Source: Gammaproteobacteria bacterium
Lineage (GTDB): Bacteria; Pseudomonadota; Gammaproteobacteria; JACCXJ01
Length of the DNA stretch: 64,000 nt
Assembly (NCBI GenBank): GCA_050740435.1
Contig: JBOIDL010000001.1
Span: forward strand, 5,484-69,483
Reading direction: 5' to 3'
Under the pieces are notes generated by a model that saw nothing but the letters and a program-made list of their open reading frames with translations, was not told where the DNA came from and did no database searches. Below are positions 9,192-17,277 of the stretch, piece by piece. Both the position numbers and the translations under genes were made by a program. Numbering within the stretch: position 1 is the stretch's first letter; the number at the start of each line of letters is the position of its first letter.

Positions 9192-9941
9192 ATGAAATGG
9201 AACTCATGTCTGTATGACCAAAAGCACTCTTTCGTATTCAAGTATGGAGAAGAGGTGCTTGCATTGCTCAACGCCAAGCGCGGGGAGCGGATCTTGGATG
9301 TCGGGTGTGGCACGGGTCATCTGACCAAGCTCATCGCCGAAATGGGAGCGGAGGTCGTAGGCATTGATAGCTCACCGGAGATGATTGAGGCGGCACGAAC
9401 AGCATGGCCGGATATTAACTTTGTTTTGGCCGACGCGGCGGATTTCTCGTTTACAGAGCCTTTCGATGCCGTTTTCTCAAACGCCGCGCTTCACTGGGTA
9501 ACCGAAGCGGAACGAGCTGTGGTTTGTATGGCCCAGTCCCTGAAGCAAGGCGGTAGGGTTGTCGTTGAGTTGGGTGGCAAAGGAAATATTGCCGCGATCA
9601 CGACGGCCGTTCGGGAGGCCATCTGGGAGGTGTTAGACGTCAAGGTTGAGCACGGCCGGTACTACCCTAGCATCTCGGAATACTCGGGATTGATCGAGCG
9701 GCATGGCCTCTTCGTAAGAAGTGCCGTCCTGTTTGACAGGCCGACAAAGCTCGAAGCCGGAGAGCAGGGCTTGCGGAACTGGATAGCGATGTTTGACCAG
9801 GGTGTGATGAGCCACGTCCCGGACCATAAAAAAGAGCAAGTACTACGAAAGGTAGAGGATAAGACGCGATGCAGCCTGTTTGCAGACGGGCATTGGTTCG
9901 CCGACTACAGGCGATTGCGAATCGTCGCGCATAAGGAATAA
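9192..9941 (+). CDS. Class I SAM-dependent methyltransferase (trans-aconitate methyltransferase-like)
   Basis: Motif I ILDVGCGTGHLT and the post-I acidic residue (VVGIDSSPEMI) are present. The longer ORF begins at 9159; 9192 (MKWNS) was chosen by alignment logic to Tam-like N-termini. Confidence 0.7.
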   Translation: MKWNSCLYDQKHSFVFKYGEEVLALLNAKRGERILDVGCGTGHLTKLIAEMGAEVVGIDSSPEMIEAARTAWPDINFVLADAADFSFTEPFDAVFSNAALHWVTEAERAVVCMAQSLKQGGRVVVELGGKGNIAAITTAVREAIWEVLDVKVEHGRYYPSISEYSGLIERHGLFVRSAVLFDRPTKLEAGEQGLRNWIAMFDQGVMSHVPDHKKEQVLRKVEDKTRCSLFADGHWFADYRRLRIVAHKE

Positions 9942-9952
9942 CCAAGCTCGGC

Positions 9953-10138
9953 TCATGCGGGTCTGGATGCGGCGCGCCTCGTGTGCCAGGTTTCGGTGCC
10001 GGGCCCCTTGACCCATCCGCATAGCCGTAGTCGTGATCCTGCAACAGCCGATCTATTCGCCAGACGGCCTGCGATATAGCCATCAAGACTCGTTGCGATG
10101 TACAGGATAACCTTGAGCAAGCCCGGAACGCTCCTCAA
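9953..10138 (-). pseudogene. N-terminal fragment of a dihydrofolate-reductase-family (RibD C-terminal-like) gene; remnant
   Basis: The translation begins …KVILYIATSLDGYIAG, the conserved start of RibD_C/DHFR-family proteins, then diverges into non-homologous sequence and stops after 61 aa. Confidence 0.25.
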
Positions 10139-10223
10139 GACGCTGAACGTGGCGGTTCACCCGCGCGAGGTACGAGCGTCGGCTGGAACGGCTGATTATG
10201 CAGCATGCTGACGCCCTCCTTTG

Positions 10224-11105
10224 TCAGTCTGAAGGCGCTGAATACTGCGCGAATACCTCGGCCCCGGTCAGGTTCTTCGTGTGGTTTGCGAACGAATAAA
10301 ACGATGGCTTCTCATCGATAAAAATCTGTTGATCAAAGACCCATTGTCCGTCATCGAGTAGACCAACAGGAACTGCGTAGTGCCCTTCTTTCTTTAGGCG
10401 GTAGAAAAGATGGCTTCCACACTTGCTACAGAAGCCACGCTCGGCCCAGTCGGAAGAGCTGAAGACAGATATACTGTCATTGTCTTCAAAATGAACGTCG
10501 CTACGGCACTCAATCGCGAGCAAGGGCCCACCTGTCCATTTTCTGCACATACCGCAATGGCAGGCGCCCACACTCTTGCTGATCGTCTTTATTAAAATCC
10601 GGACTGCGCCGCAAAGGCAACTTCCTCTTCGTTCGGTTTCGCCTGCCATATTCTTCCTCCTCAAATTGCGTAACGCCTGAATTAAGCCGAGCCGCGAACC
10701 GGGTTCGGCTTGAATGAATTGTTGGACGCCGTCCTTAACGCTGCCAGACGCTTGCTCTTTAAGTTCAGCGAGATATGAGGTCAAACGTTTGACTTTGGTA
10801 TTTTCCATTGCAAAAATATCGCAGAACACTGCGTTAAGAAAACCACCGTCTCTCCTCGCGCTGCGAACCGTGCCTTCGGCTATCACAACGTTATTCTCCT
10901 CGATCATGCGTGTGATCTTTATGGTTGGACTGCCTGTGAATGCATCATTCTCAATTTCTTTGTCAAAGGCGTCTTTTCCAACCAAATGAGATGCGCCCGG
11001 AATAAGCCACTCAATATCGTCAGCTAAGCAGGACAGAATTTGCTCATGATCGCTCTTATTAAAACCATCCATATATCTCTGTACAACCATTTTGTTCGGA
11101 CTCAT
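10224..11105 (-). CDS. Two-domain protein: N-terminal NTF2/SnoaL-like domain fused to C-terminal GFA (glutathione-dependent formaldehyde-activating / CENP-V-like) Cys-rich domain
   Basis: 293 aa; N-terminal …VVQRYMDGFNKSDHEQILSCLADDIEW… (SnoaL-like); C-terminal Cys ligand pattern CLCG…CHCGMCRK…CSKCGSHLFY typical of the GFA zinc domain. Confidence 0.55.
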   Translation of the reverse strand: MSPNKMVVQRYMDGFNKSDHEQILSCLADDIEWLIPGASHLVGKDAFDKEIENDAFTGSPTIKITRMIEENNVVIAEGTVRSARRDGGFLNAVFCDIFAMENTKVKRLTSYLAELKEQASGSVKDGVQQFIQAEPGSRLGLIQALRNLRRKNMAGETERRGSCLCGAVRILIKTISKSVGACHCGMCRKWTGGPLLAIECRSDVHFEDNDSISVFSSSDWAERGFCSKCGSHLFYRLKKEGHYAVPVGLLDDGQWVFDQQIFIDEKPSFYSFANHTKNLTGAEVFAQYSAPSD

Positions 11106-11252
11106 AGACTGGGCTCCTGTGGCAGTTAGTGATTGCGACGTATCGAATGCAAGGTGTCTAACGATGCGATTGACCGGGCCGAAAGAGCGGCGCGCAGCGG
11201 CACTGTTGAGGGTCCGGCTTTGTGTGCGCTTGGCTTGGTCAGATGTCAGTGG

Positions 11253-12001
11253 TCAGCCTCCGTCAAAGCGTTTCGGCGGCCCGGCCCTGCCTCTGCCTCC
11301 TACCAGTTCTCCCCAAAACGGTCTTGCTTCTATTTCGAAGGACCAGGCTGAGCGCTTTTGCCGTGTAAGCATGAAGGCGGTGTCGGCCAGTTCCTCGGGC
11401 TTGACGAAGAACTCGGCAGGCTTGTCAGGCATGCGCTCGCGGGTCTCGGGCAGATCGACTACACCATCGATGATGACTAGCGCCACATGGATGCCGAGCA
11501 GCCACAGATGACGAGCCATGGCTTCGGCAAGGCTGCGCTGAGCCGCCTTGGCCGGGGCGAATGCCGCCGTCTTGGCGCCGCCGCGGCGCGAGGCGGTGGC
11601 ACCGATGAAGAGGATCTTGCCCCCTCCCTTTTGTTTCATAGCCGGGATCACCTGTTGTGCCGCGATCAGCGCCCCCAGCGCATTGACCCGCCAGGACATA
11701 TCGAAATCATCAACGCTGATGTCCTCGACGGTACCCCAGGTGCCGAGCCGGCGTTGTAGATGAGCGCATCCACATCACCCAAATCCTGTCGGATACTGGC
11801 GACGGCGCGCTCCACCGAAGCTCGATCCGTGACATCGCATGCATAGGCGCGGGCATCGCCAATCTCGGCGGCGAGGTTACCGGTAAACTCGGTGGTGCGC
11901 GCGAGCAGCGCCACCGTGTAGCCTCCAGCGGCAAAGCGCCGGGCGAGCGGCGCACCGTTACCGGGACCGACCCCAATCACCGCGCAGATAGGTTTCGTCA
12001 T
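11253..12001 (-). pseudogene. Short-chain dehydrogenase/reductase disrupted by a frameshift (or sequencing error) near 11690-11760
   Basis: ORF 11666..12001 encodes the SDR N-terminus (ICAVIGVGPGNGAPLARRFAAGGYTV…DALIYNAGSA) and ORF 11253..11699 encodes the contiguous C-terminus (…VNALGALIAAQQVIPAMK…ATASRRGGAKTAAFAPAKAA…) in another frame. Confidence 0.6.
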
Positions 12002-12366
12002 GGTGCTCTCCTCACGCTGTTAAGATGAAGAACTCGCTAATTGGAACGTTTCCGGCCCAGAAGGCATCCAGAAAGCGGGCGATCTGGAAACGGCGAGGTG
12101 CACCAGGTACCGATCCGACGCTTTGCGTGCAAATTGCAGCTGTCACTTCGTTCACCCATCAATACTGACCAGGCTTTGAAACGATATGAATGATCGATGC
12201 CGGATTCGAGATCCAGAAGCCATCGAACCCTTCCGGCAGGGGTTCTATCTCATCGCAGCGCACGACACCCGCAGCCTTGAAATGAGTTGAAGCGGCCATG
12301 ACCTGACGATCTTCAAGTTGCACTTCGGCAAGCTGACTCTGAAGATGTATACCAAAGGCCGAGCGC

Positions 12367-12987
12367 GTGCTTCGTATCGAGGTCATTGTCCACAACACCC
12401 AAGCCCTTCGCTGCGGGCGGCCTCTAGAGCGCTTCCCGCAGATCGTCTTGCGGCTTCACCAGATCTTGGAGCAGTTCCTCGGCAACGTGTACTGCATGGA
12501 TGCGGCGTTCATCAGCGACGAGACGCTGAATCAGCTTCCCAACCCCTCTCGGGTCGGCAGGACCCGGCTCGGTGGCATCGATATCAATAAGCCGATAACC
12601 CGCCTCGTGCTGCGTGCGGTCCTCGCCTTGGCCTGTGCGCCCGATGGGTTTGCCGCAGGCCAATTGGCGCAGGCCGTATCCATGTTGGGGGCAACCCCCT
12701 CTACCTACGACACGCGTCGGGCCGCTTACGACCTCAAGAAGCTCCGCGGCAAAGACCTGGTGAGCAGGCGTGATAACTCTCGCCGATACTCCCTTACCCC
12801 GCAAGCCATCCGCACAATGGCGGCACTGGTAATCCTGCGAGAGAAAGTCCTACGCCCGATTCTGGCCGGTGTGGGCAAACCCCGGATGGGTCGCAAGCCG
12901 AAGACCTGGAGTCCCATCGACGAACACTATGAAGCCATTCGTCAAGACATGTTCACGCTCATGGAAGACCTGCGGATCGCCGCGTAG
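12367..12987 (+). CDS. Hypothetical protein, possibly a fragment of a larger (mobile-element-like?) gene; no assignable family
   Basis: 206-aa ORF with no convincing RBS; the N-terminus reads like an internal segment; sits in a patch of decayed genes. Confidence 0.25.
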   Translation: MLRIEVIVHNTQALRCGRPLERFPQIVLRLHQILEQFLGNVYCMDAAFISDETLNQLPNPSRVGRTRLGGIDINKPITRLVLRAVLALACAPDGFAAGQLAQAVSMLGATPSTYDTRRAAYDLKKLRGKDLVSRRDNSRRYSLTPQAIRTMAALVILREKVLRPILAGVGKPRMGRKPKTWSPIDEHYEAIRQDMFTLMEDLRIAA

Positions 12988-13029
12988 ATATCCACAACAT
13001 TTTGTCGATGTTACTTTTGTAAGCGCCTA

Positions 13030-13209
13030 ATGCAGGCCTATCGCGGCAGTGGTCTGCCGTTGGAACGCGCAATACTCGACCTGCATAGCGGTCGTATCGT
13101 GGGCCAATGGGGCATCTATGTGGTCGACGGCGCGGCGTTGCTGTTCTTGGCGCTGGTGATCACGGGGTTGTGGATGTGGGCCAAGCAGAGAAACAACGAC
13201 CTACGGTAG
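13030..13209 (+). pseudogene. C-terminal fragment (about 59 aa) of a PepSY-associated TM-helix (PiuB-like) protein gene
   Basis: Translation …ERAILDLHSGRIVGQWGIYVVDGAALLFLALVITGLWMWAKQRNN* matches the conserved LHxG…hydrophobic-helix…basic C-terminus of PepSY-TM proteins; no upstream body is present. Confidence 0.4.
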
Positions 13210-13911
13210 ACGACCCGCTGCAATCATTCGATTCTTCAGGATATGGGGTGAAATCCATACGACAAGGTCGTCAAATTCGCTGCCCGGATTTTGGCTGTAG
13301 CCTCTGGAAACAAAATCGATGTCATGTGGCGGCCGGTTCTCGGTTTCGTCTGCGGAGGTTAGGGCCAGATTTCCATTGGCTCCGTAGGAGACAACGATAG
13401 CCGGAATATTGGCTCCCACATTGCAGCCAACCGCATCGGTACTGCCTTTAACACAGATGGTACCGACCGAACACAACGCTATGGAGGTCGTCGGAGACGT
13501 CGAAATGCACCCCCCGCTGTTATTTTCGTCATTGTCGGCGAAATCGCCGGTTACTGCGTATGCGAACGGCTCGCCCCATGCGTCCGTCCCAGAAACTCCA
13601 AGGTCTGCTGATGGAAGGATGGATTTAGGGCTGGTAGAGGCCAAATTACCGGCAACTCCAACACACGCTTCGCCAGGCCCAGGATTTTGGGGATCTCCGT
13701 GACCATCATCATCGGTGTCCGGACATGGAAGTCGTCCGTTCGCCGCAGCGAAACCGTAAAGCGCCTCTTTGATATCATCGAGCAACTCTTGTGTTTTTTG
13801 CCGGTCTGCCTGTTCGATTCTTACCGATAACGGCCCGAGTAAACTACCCAGTAACAGTGCGATCACGACTACGGCGATCGCAACTTCGATCAGCGTAAAA
13901 CCGCGTTCCAT
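13201..13911 (-). CDS. Type IV pilin-like protein (prepilin N-terminal cleavage/methylation domain; MshO-like minor pilin)
   Basis: Starts MERG|FTLIEVAIAVVVIALLLG, a class III signal with G at -1 and the conserved TLIE motif; 236 aa, Cys-containing C-terminal region. Confidence 0.7.
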   Translation of the reverse strand: MERGFTLIEVAIAVVVIALLLGSLLGPLSVRIEQADRQKTQELLDDIKEALYGFAAANGRLPCPDTDDDGHGDPQNPGPGEACVGVAGNLASTSPKSILPSADLGVSGTDAWGEPFAYAVTGDFADNDENNSGGCISTSPTTSIALCSVGTICVKGSTDAVGCNVGANIPAIVVSYGANGNLALTSADETENRPPHDIDFVSRGYSQNPGSEFDDLVVWISPHILKNRMIAAGRLP

Positions 13912-13971
13912 ACGGCTCTGGTAGTGTCATCGGCTACTCCAGCAATGTGGATGCGGTAGGTAATCATGCCT

Positions 13972-15441
13972 TTATAGGCAACTCCCGTTAGTGCATACGA
14001 CGTCGTTAAACGTGGCGGTGGCGTTAACCGCTGTGAACGAATCGTCCATCGTCGGAGGGAGCGGCGTAGCATTATCATTTTCCAAGTAATTACTAACATT
14101 GCCCTTGTCAACAGCGGGATCGGTCCTAGGCTGGTCAACTGCTACGCCCGCGAGTCGTTTGCCCGCTGCGATAACGATGGTTTGTCTATTAGTGAGCGGA
14201 GCAAAGGGAGGCGGCCGATTAACGGTAAGGCAAGTGCTGGACGCGCAACTAGGTGGTGCAGAGCTAGTAGGCTTGTATGCGTCGGCCACTCCGTAAAAAA
14301 TTAACTCTTTCCAGTTAAGCCACCAATTGGTGCCCGCATCGACATTACAAGTGGTAGGCCAAGAACCGGTCATACCAGCGCTTTCGGTATCGTCAAGTTG
14401 TTCTGGTACGCGCCCGAAACGCGTATCGGTGGTGTCGTCGTAGTTCGGCGACGCCCCCCCTATCGGCACGGCCCACGGAGAGCGGCCTGAATTCGCGGGA
14501 TCCACAGCGTAATCTCTAAGGCACGTGAGCACTTCCGCCACGACTCGCTTTTCCAATAATGGCATTAGATCCTGATATGCTATCGGAAGCAATCTATCGT
14601 TAACAATCGCGTTACCGCTGCCATCAAAGACCTCGCCTTGGATAAATCCATTTGTCCTGCTTGAAATTGTATTTCCATCATAAAAGTTACCATTATCCTC
14701 CGTGAGCGTTGCATCAAGGTAGTTTTGCGGATCGCACCTCGGTGTCATAAATGGGAAAGGCGTGGTACAAACATCGCTTCCAGTCCGATCCTGATCGGTA
14801 CCAGATCCCCGCCTCAACACTGTTCCGGGTGCGAATAGGACGGCTATCGCACCGTTCCGCGCTAACGGATCTGAGTTGCTCGCGTCATATATCACAGTAT
14901 CGTTAGCGGTTCGGACGGTGATCCTTCCCTGTGCATCGCTGTTTAGACATCCAGATGAATCAGCATCAGGGTCGCTGGGATTGCAATTATACCGAGTGTT
15001 ATTTTTGAAATTTACTGAGATTGCGTACCACAAGCGTTCGCCGGCCCCATCGCGCAAATCTTGCAGTCCGAGTGTCTTCCAAGGCAAGCGCCCTAACCGT
15101 GTCCAGGAATCCGTTGCGACAGGGGGATAAGGCCCACAGGCTGATTCAGCAAAACCGTCGTTATTTCGATCAGGACAAGGCAAATCGCCGGGCCGCACAC
15201 AATCAATATCTGTTTGGTCTATGCAAGCGGGATTTAATAGTCCACTTACCGCATATCCAATTAAAGCCGCTTTCGCCTCCGCCAACGCACTCGCCGTCTG
15301 CGCGTCGCGGTAGGATTGAGTCGCCGCCGCGTTTAGCCCTCTAAGCAAAACAAATGCAGCCCCGGTTACAAGAATAAGGAGGAATGCGACGAGGGCAAAG
15401 CCGGAATGTTTTTTAATAGTGCGTCTTGCAAAACCGTTCAC
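13972..15441 (-). CDS. Pilus assembly protein with PilX-N-like N-terminus (MshP/PilX-like), large secreted/periplasmic domain
   Basis: 489 aa; N-terminal …KHSGFALVAFLLILVTGAAFVLL… (PilX_N-like hydrophobic segment) followed by a Gly/Asp/Thr-rich beta-type region. Confidence 0.45.
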   Translation of the reverse strand: MNGFARRTIKKHSGFALVAFLLILVTGAAFVLLRGLNAAATQSYRDAQTASALAEAKAALIGYAVSGLLNPACIDQTDIDCVRPGDLPCPDRNNDGFAESACGPYPPVATDSWTRLGRLPWKTLGLQDLRDGAGERLWYAISVNFKNNTRYNCNPSDPDADSSGCLNSDAQGRITVRTANDTVIYDASNSDPLARNGAIAVLFAPGTVLRRGSGTDQDRTGSDVCTTPFPFMTPRCDPQNYLDATLTEDNGNFYDGNTISSRTNGFIQGEVFDGSGNAIVNDRLLPIAYQDLMPLLEKRVVAEVLTCLRDYAVDPANSGRSPWAVPIGGASPNYDDTTDTRFGRVPEQLDDTESAGMTGSWPTTCNVDAGTNWWLNWKELIFYGVADAYKPTSSAPPSCASSTCLTVNRPPPFAPLTNRQTIVIAAGKRLAGVAVDQPRTDPAVDKGNVSNYLENDNATPLPPTMDDSFTAVNATATFNDVVCTNGSCL

Positions 15442-15455
15442 AATACCGATCCCAT

Positions 15456-15715
15456 CATGCCAGCGAAAGCTGGCATGCAGTCGTTATTAAAAACGCCCGG
15501 ATTCCAGCTCGCGCTGGAATGACAATGTGGCGATGGCCCCGCATCCACATAGGCTTCAATGTCATCATTCGTTTGAAACCGCGCGCCAGTTGTACCGCGA
15601 ACGGGCATAATTTTCCTAAGCATGGATATGACCCCCATATCACCGTCACCCCGGCGGACGCCGGGGTCCAGTGCGGCGCATGAAGGCTCGCCTGGATGCC
15701 GGTTTTCACCGGCAT
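15456..15715. repeat. Cluster of related short hairpins (REP-like) in a 410-bp intra-operon spacer of the pilus cluster
   Basis: CATGCCAGC-gaaa-GCTGGCATG (15456-15477), ATTCCAGC-tcgc-GCTGGAAT (15501-15520), CCCCGGCG-ga-CGCCGGGG (15649-15666), ATGCCGGT-tttc-ACCGGCAT (15696-15715). The first and last are reverse-orientation versions of one another with compensatory AGC/GCT to GGT/ACC changes. Confidence 0.45.
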
Positions 15716-15851
15716 GACGGAGGACAAAACGTAGATTATGACCGTTGCCTGTATACACAAGCCTGGACATGCGTATTGACCGATCTCGCTAACGTCTTGG
15801 TAGACGACCCGTCCTTAGTACCGGCGGTGGCCCGCGGAAAGCCCGCTCTAT

Positions 15852-16364
15852 CTACCGGGGCGACCCCGATGCCGGCGATGCGCTATCCGATGCCGCCTCG
15901 GCGTCGTTTGTCTCTTGATACAAATCAACCACGCGCGAAGCGGTCGGGTCGAACGTTTGACCGGGTTTCAAGCCAACTCCCACGGGAGAGTTCTGGACGC
16001 GAACCGGCACGGTTTGGCCGCGGATGCCTCGGACGTTAACATCGACCTGCTGCGATCCAAGGTCGCCCGTTAACGAATTGGTGCCGTTGATCCAAACGGT
16101 ATTGTCCCCGCGAGACCGCGATACGAAGCCGTCTACTCTGACACTTTGAACCGGGGGCGGCTCCGGTGCGAGGGCTTCAGGCTCCAGTGGCTCGGCCGGC
16201 GCTTCAGGGCTTGGGGGCTGATTCCGCAAGGCTTCGAGCCTCTGCCGCTCTTTCGGTGTCGTGAATAGGCGGCCGAGATCATCCGCGCGAATGCCGGGGC
16301 TCAGGAGCCCGAGCCCGACTAATGCAATGATTGTTTTCATGGCACGCCTCTTTTGCTTACCCAC
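15852..16364 (-). CDS. Secreted Pro/Ala-rich protein with signal peptide (MshK/PilP-like small pilus-biogenesis component, tentative)
   Basis: 170 aa, cleavable signal peptide (MKTIIALVGLGLLSPGIRA), proline-rich linker, beta-rich C-terminus; position within the msh-like operon. Confidence 0.4.
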   Translation of the reverse strand: MGKQKRRAMKTIIALVGLGLLSPGIRADDLGRLFTTPKERQRLEALRNQPPSPEAPAEPLEPEALAPEPPPVQSVRVDGFVSRSRGDNTVWINGTNSLTGDLGSQQVDVNVRGIRGQTVPVRVQNSPVGVGLKPGQTFDPTASRVVDLYQETNDAEAASDSASPASGSPR

Positions 16365-16406
16365 ACTTTACAAAAATTATCGCATTCAATGTAGGATGGG
16401 TTAGCG

Positions 16407-16523
16407 GCGTTGTTTGCGGCGTAACCCACCAACCTGACAAGCGTAGCTTGTCTCCTGACGCCTTTGCGGTATAACGAGTCGGCGTCCCGCCGACAGGATG
16501 GTGGGTTACGCCGCAAACAACGC
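16407..16523 (-). ncRNA. Structured RNA element in the 5' leader of the 15852..16364 gene: 24-bp perfect long-range stem enclosing nested hairpins
   Basis: Arms CGTTGTTTGCGGCGTAACCCACC (16408-16430) and its exact reverse complement (16500-16522) enclose GTCGGCG-gga-CGCCGAC and GACAAGC-tac-GCTTGTC hairpins. An AT-rich promoter-like stretch (16540-16640) lies upstream in the direction of transcription. Confidence 0.35.
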
Positions 16524-16656
16524 GGCTCTCAAGAAACACATTTTAAGTGATTGATTTTAAGTATATAACAAATTGATGTGTTTCTTTGTAAACGCCTTCC
16601 GTCACGGGCGGTTATTCAGCTAACCCGCCCTACATTTTGATACATTTTGCTAAGTT

Positions 16657-17277
16657 CTAAAGATCGATCCTCGCGCCGCTCGCGAGGCTTAGAGTAAACC
16701 AAAGCAAGTCACATTCCGCCTTGACGTTTTCCTCATCCGGATCCTCGGCGACTACATTTTGCGCCCGCTTGAGCGTACATTCCTTTACGGTATAGATCCC
16801 CGGCGCCTTCTCATCGAGATCTTGCAGCAAGGATGCAAGATCGGTCTCGTGTAACAACCCGAGGTCCAGTTTCATCGTGCTGGTACTGACTTGATAAGCC
16901 CCTGTAACAAGCGGAAACGCCGGGCTATAAGGTTCGCGGGAGGTGATCTCATAACGCAGGCCGGGAAGTTTAAGTGTCGCCGCGGCGTTTTTGAGGGTCT
17001 CCACCCAATCCAAGCGCATTTCATCTCCGACAATCCCGCGCCGGTATAGATTGACGAACCGCGGATACAGCTCTTTGATGATAAGCTCGTCCTGATCCAC
17101 CGACAGGTACTTGCGGCTTACCTCCAGAAACGTCTGGTTGTTGAGCCGATGGTCCTCCGCCATCTCGTCGCGGAAATAACCGCTGGCAATGATAAGCAAG
17201 GCGCTGATGATGAATGCTACCACCAGCGCCGCGAACGGCGCCCTCAACTGCGGCCATTCGATGTCAACCGTTCGCAT
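16657..17277 (-). CDS. PilO/MshJ-like bitopic pilus assembly protein
   Basis: 206 aa, single N-terminal TM (FAALVVAFIISALLIIASGYF) followed by a coiled-coil and periplasmic domain; start overlaps the upstream PilM/N-like gene. Confidence 0.5.
   Translation of the reverse strand: MRTVDIEWPQLRAPFAALVVAFIISALLIIASGYFRDEMAEDHRLNNQTFLEVSRKYLSVDQDELIIKELYPRFVNLYRRGIVGDEMRLDWVETLKNAAATLKLPGLRYEITSREPYSPAFPLVTGAYQVSTSTMKLDLGLLHETDLASLLQDLDEKAPGIYTVKECTLKRAQNVVAEDPDEENVKAECDLLWFTLSLASGARIDL

Noticed and set aside
12159-12398. 79-aa minus-strand ORF and 90-aa plus ORF (12318..12590) near the orphan 206-aa ORF
   Set aside because: No start context, no recognisable family, mutually overlapping; at most further debris of the decayed region, not reportable as genes.
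16407-16523. c-di-GMP (GEMM) riboswitch call for the structured leader
   Set aside because: A GGGACGC…CGCAAAGGC stretch is reminiscent of GEMM-I. However, the conserved GNRA tetraloop and tetraloop-receptor arrangement and the P1/P2 geometry could not be matched by eye, and a 24-bp perfect closing stem is atypical. Kept only as a generic structured-RNA feature.
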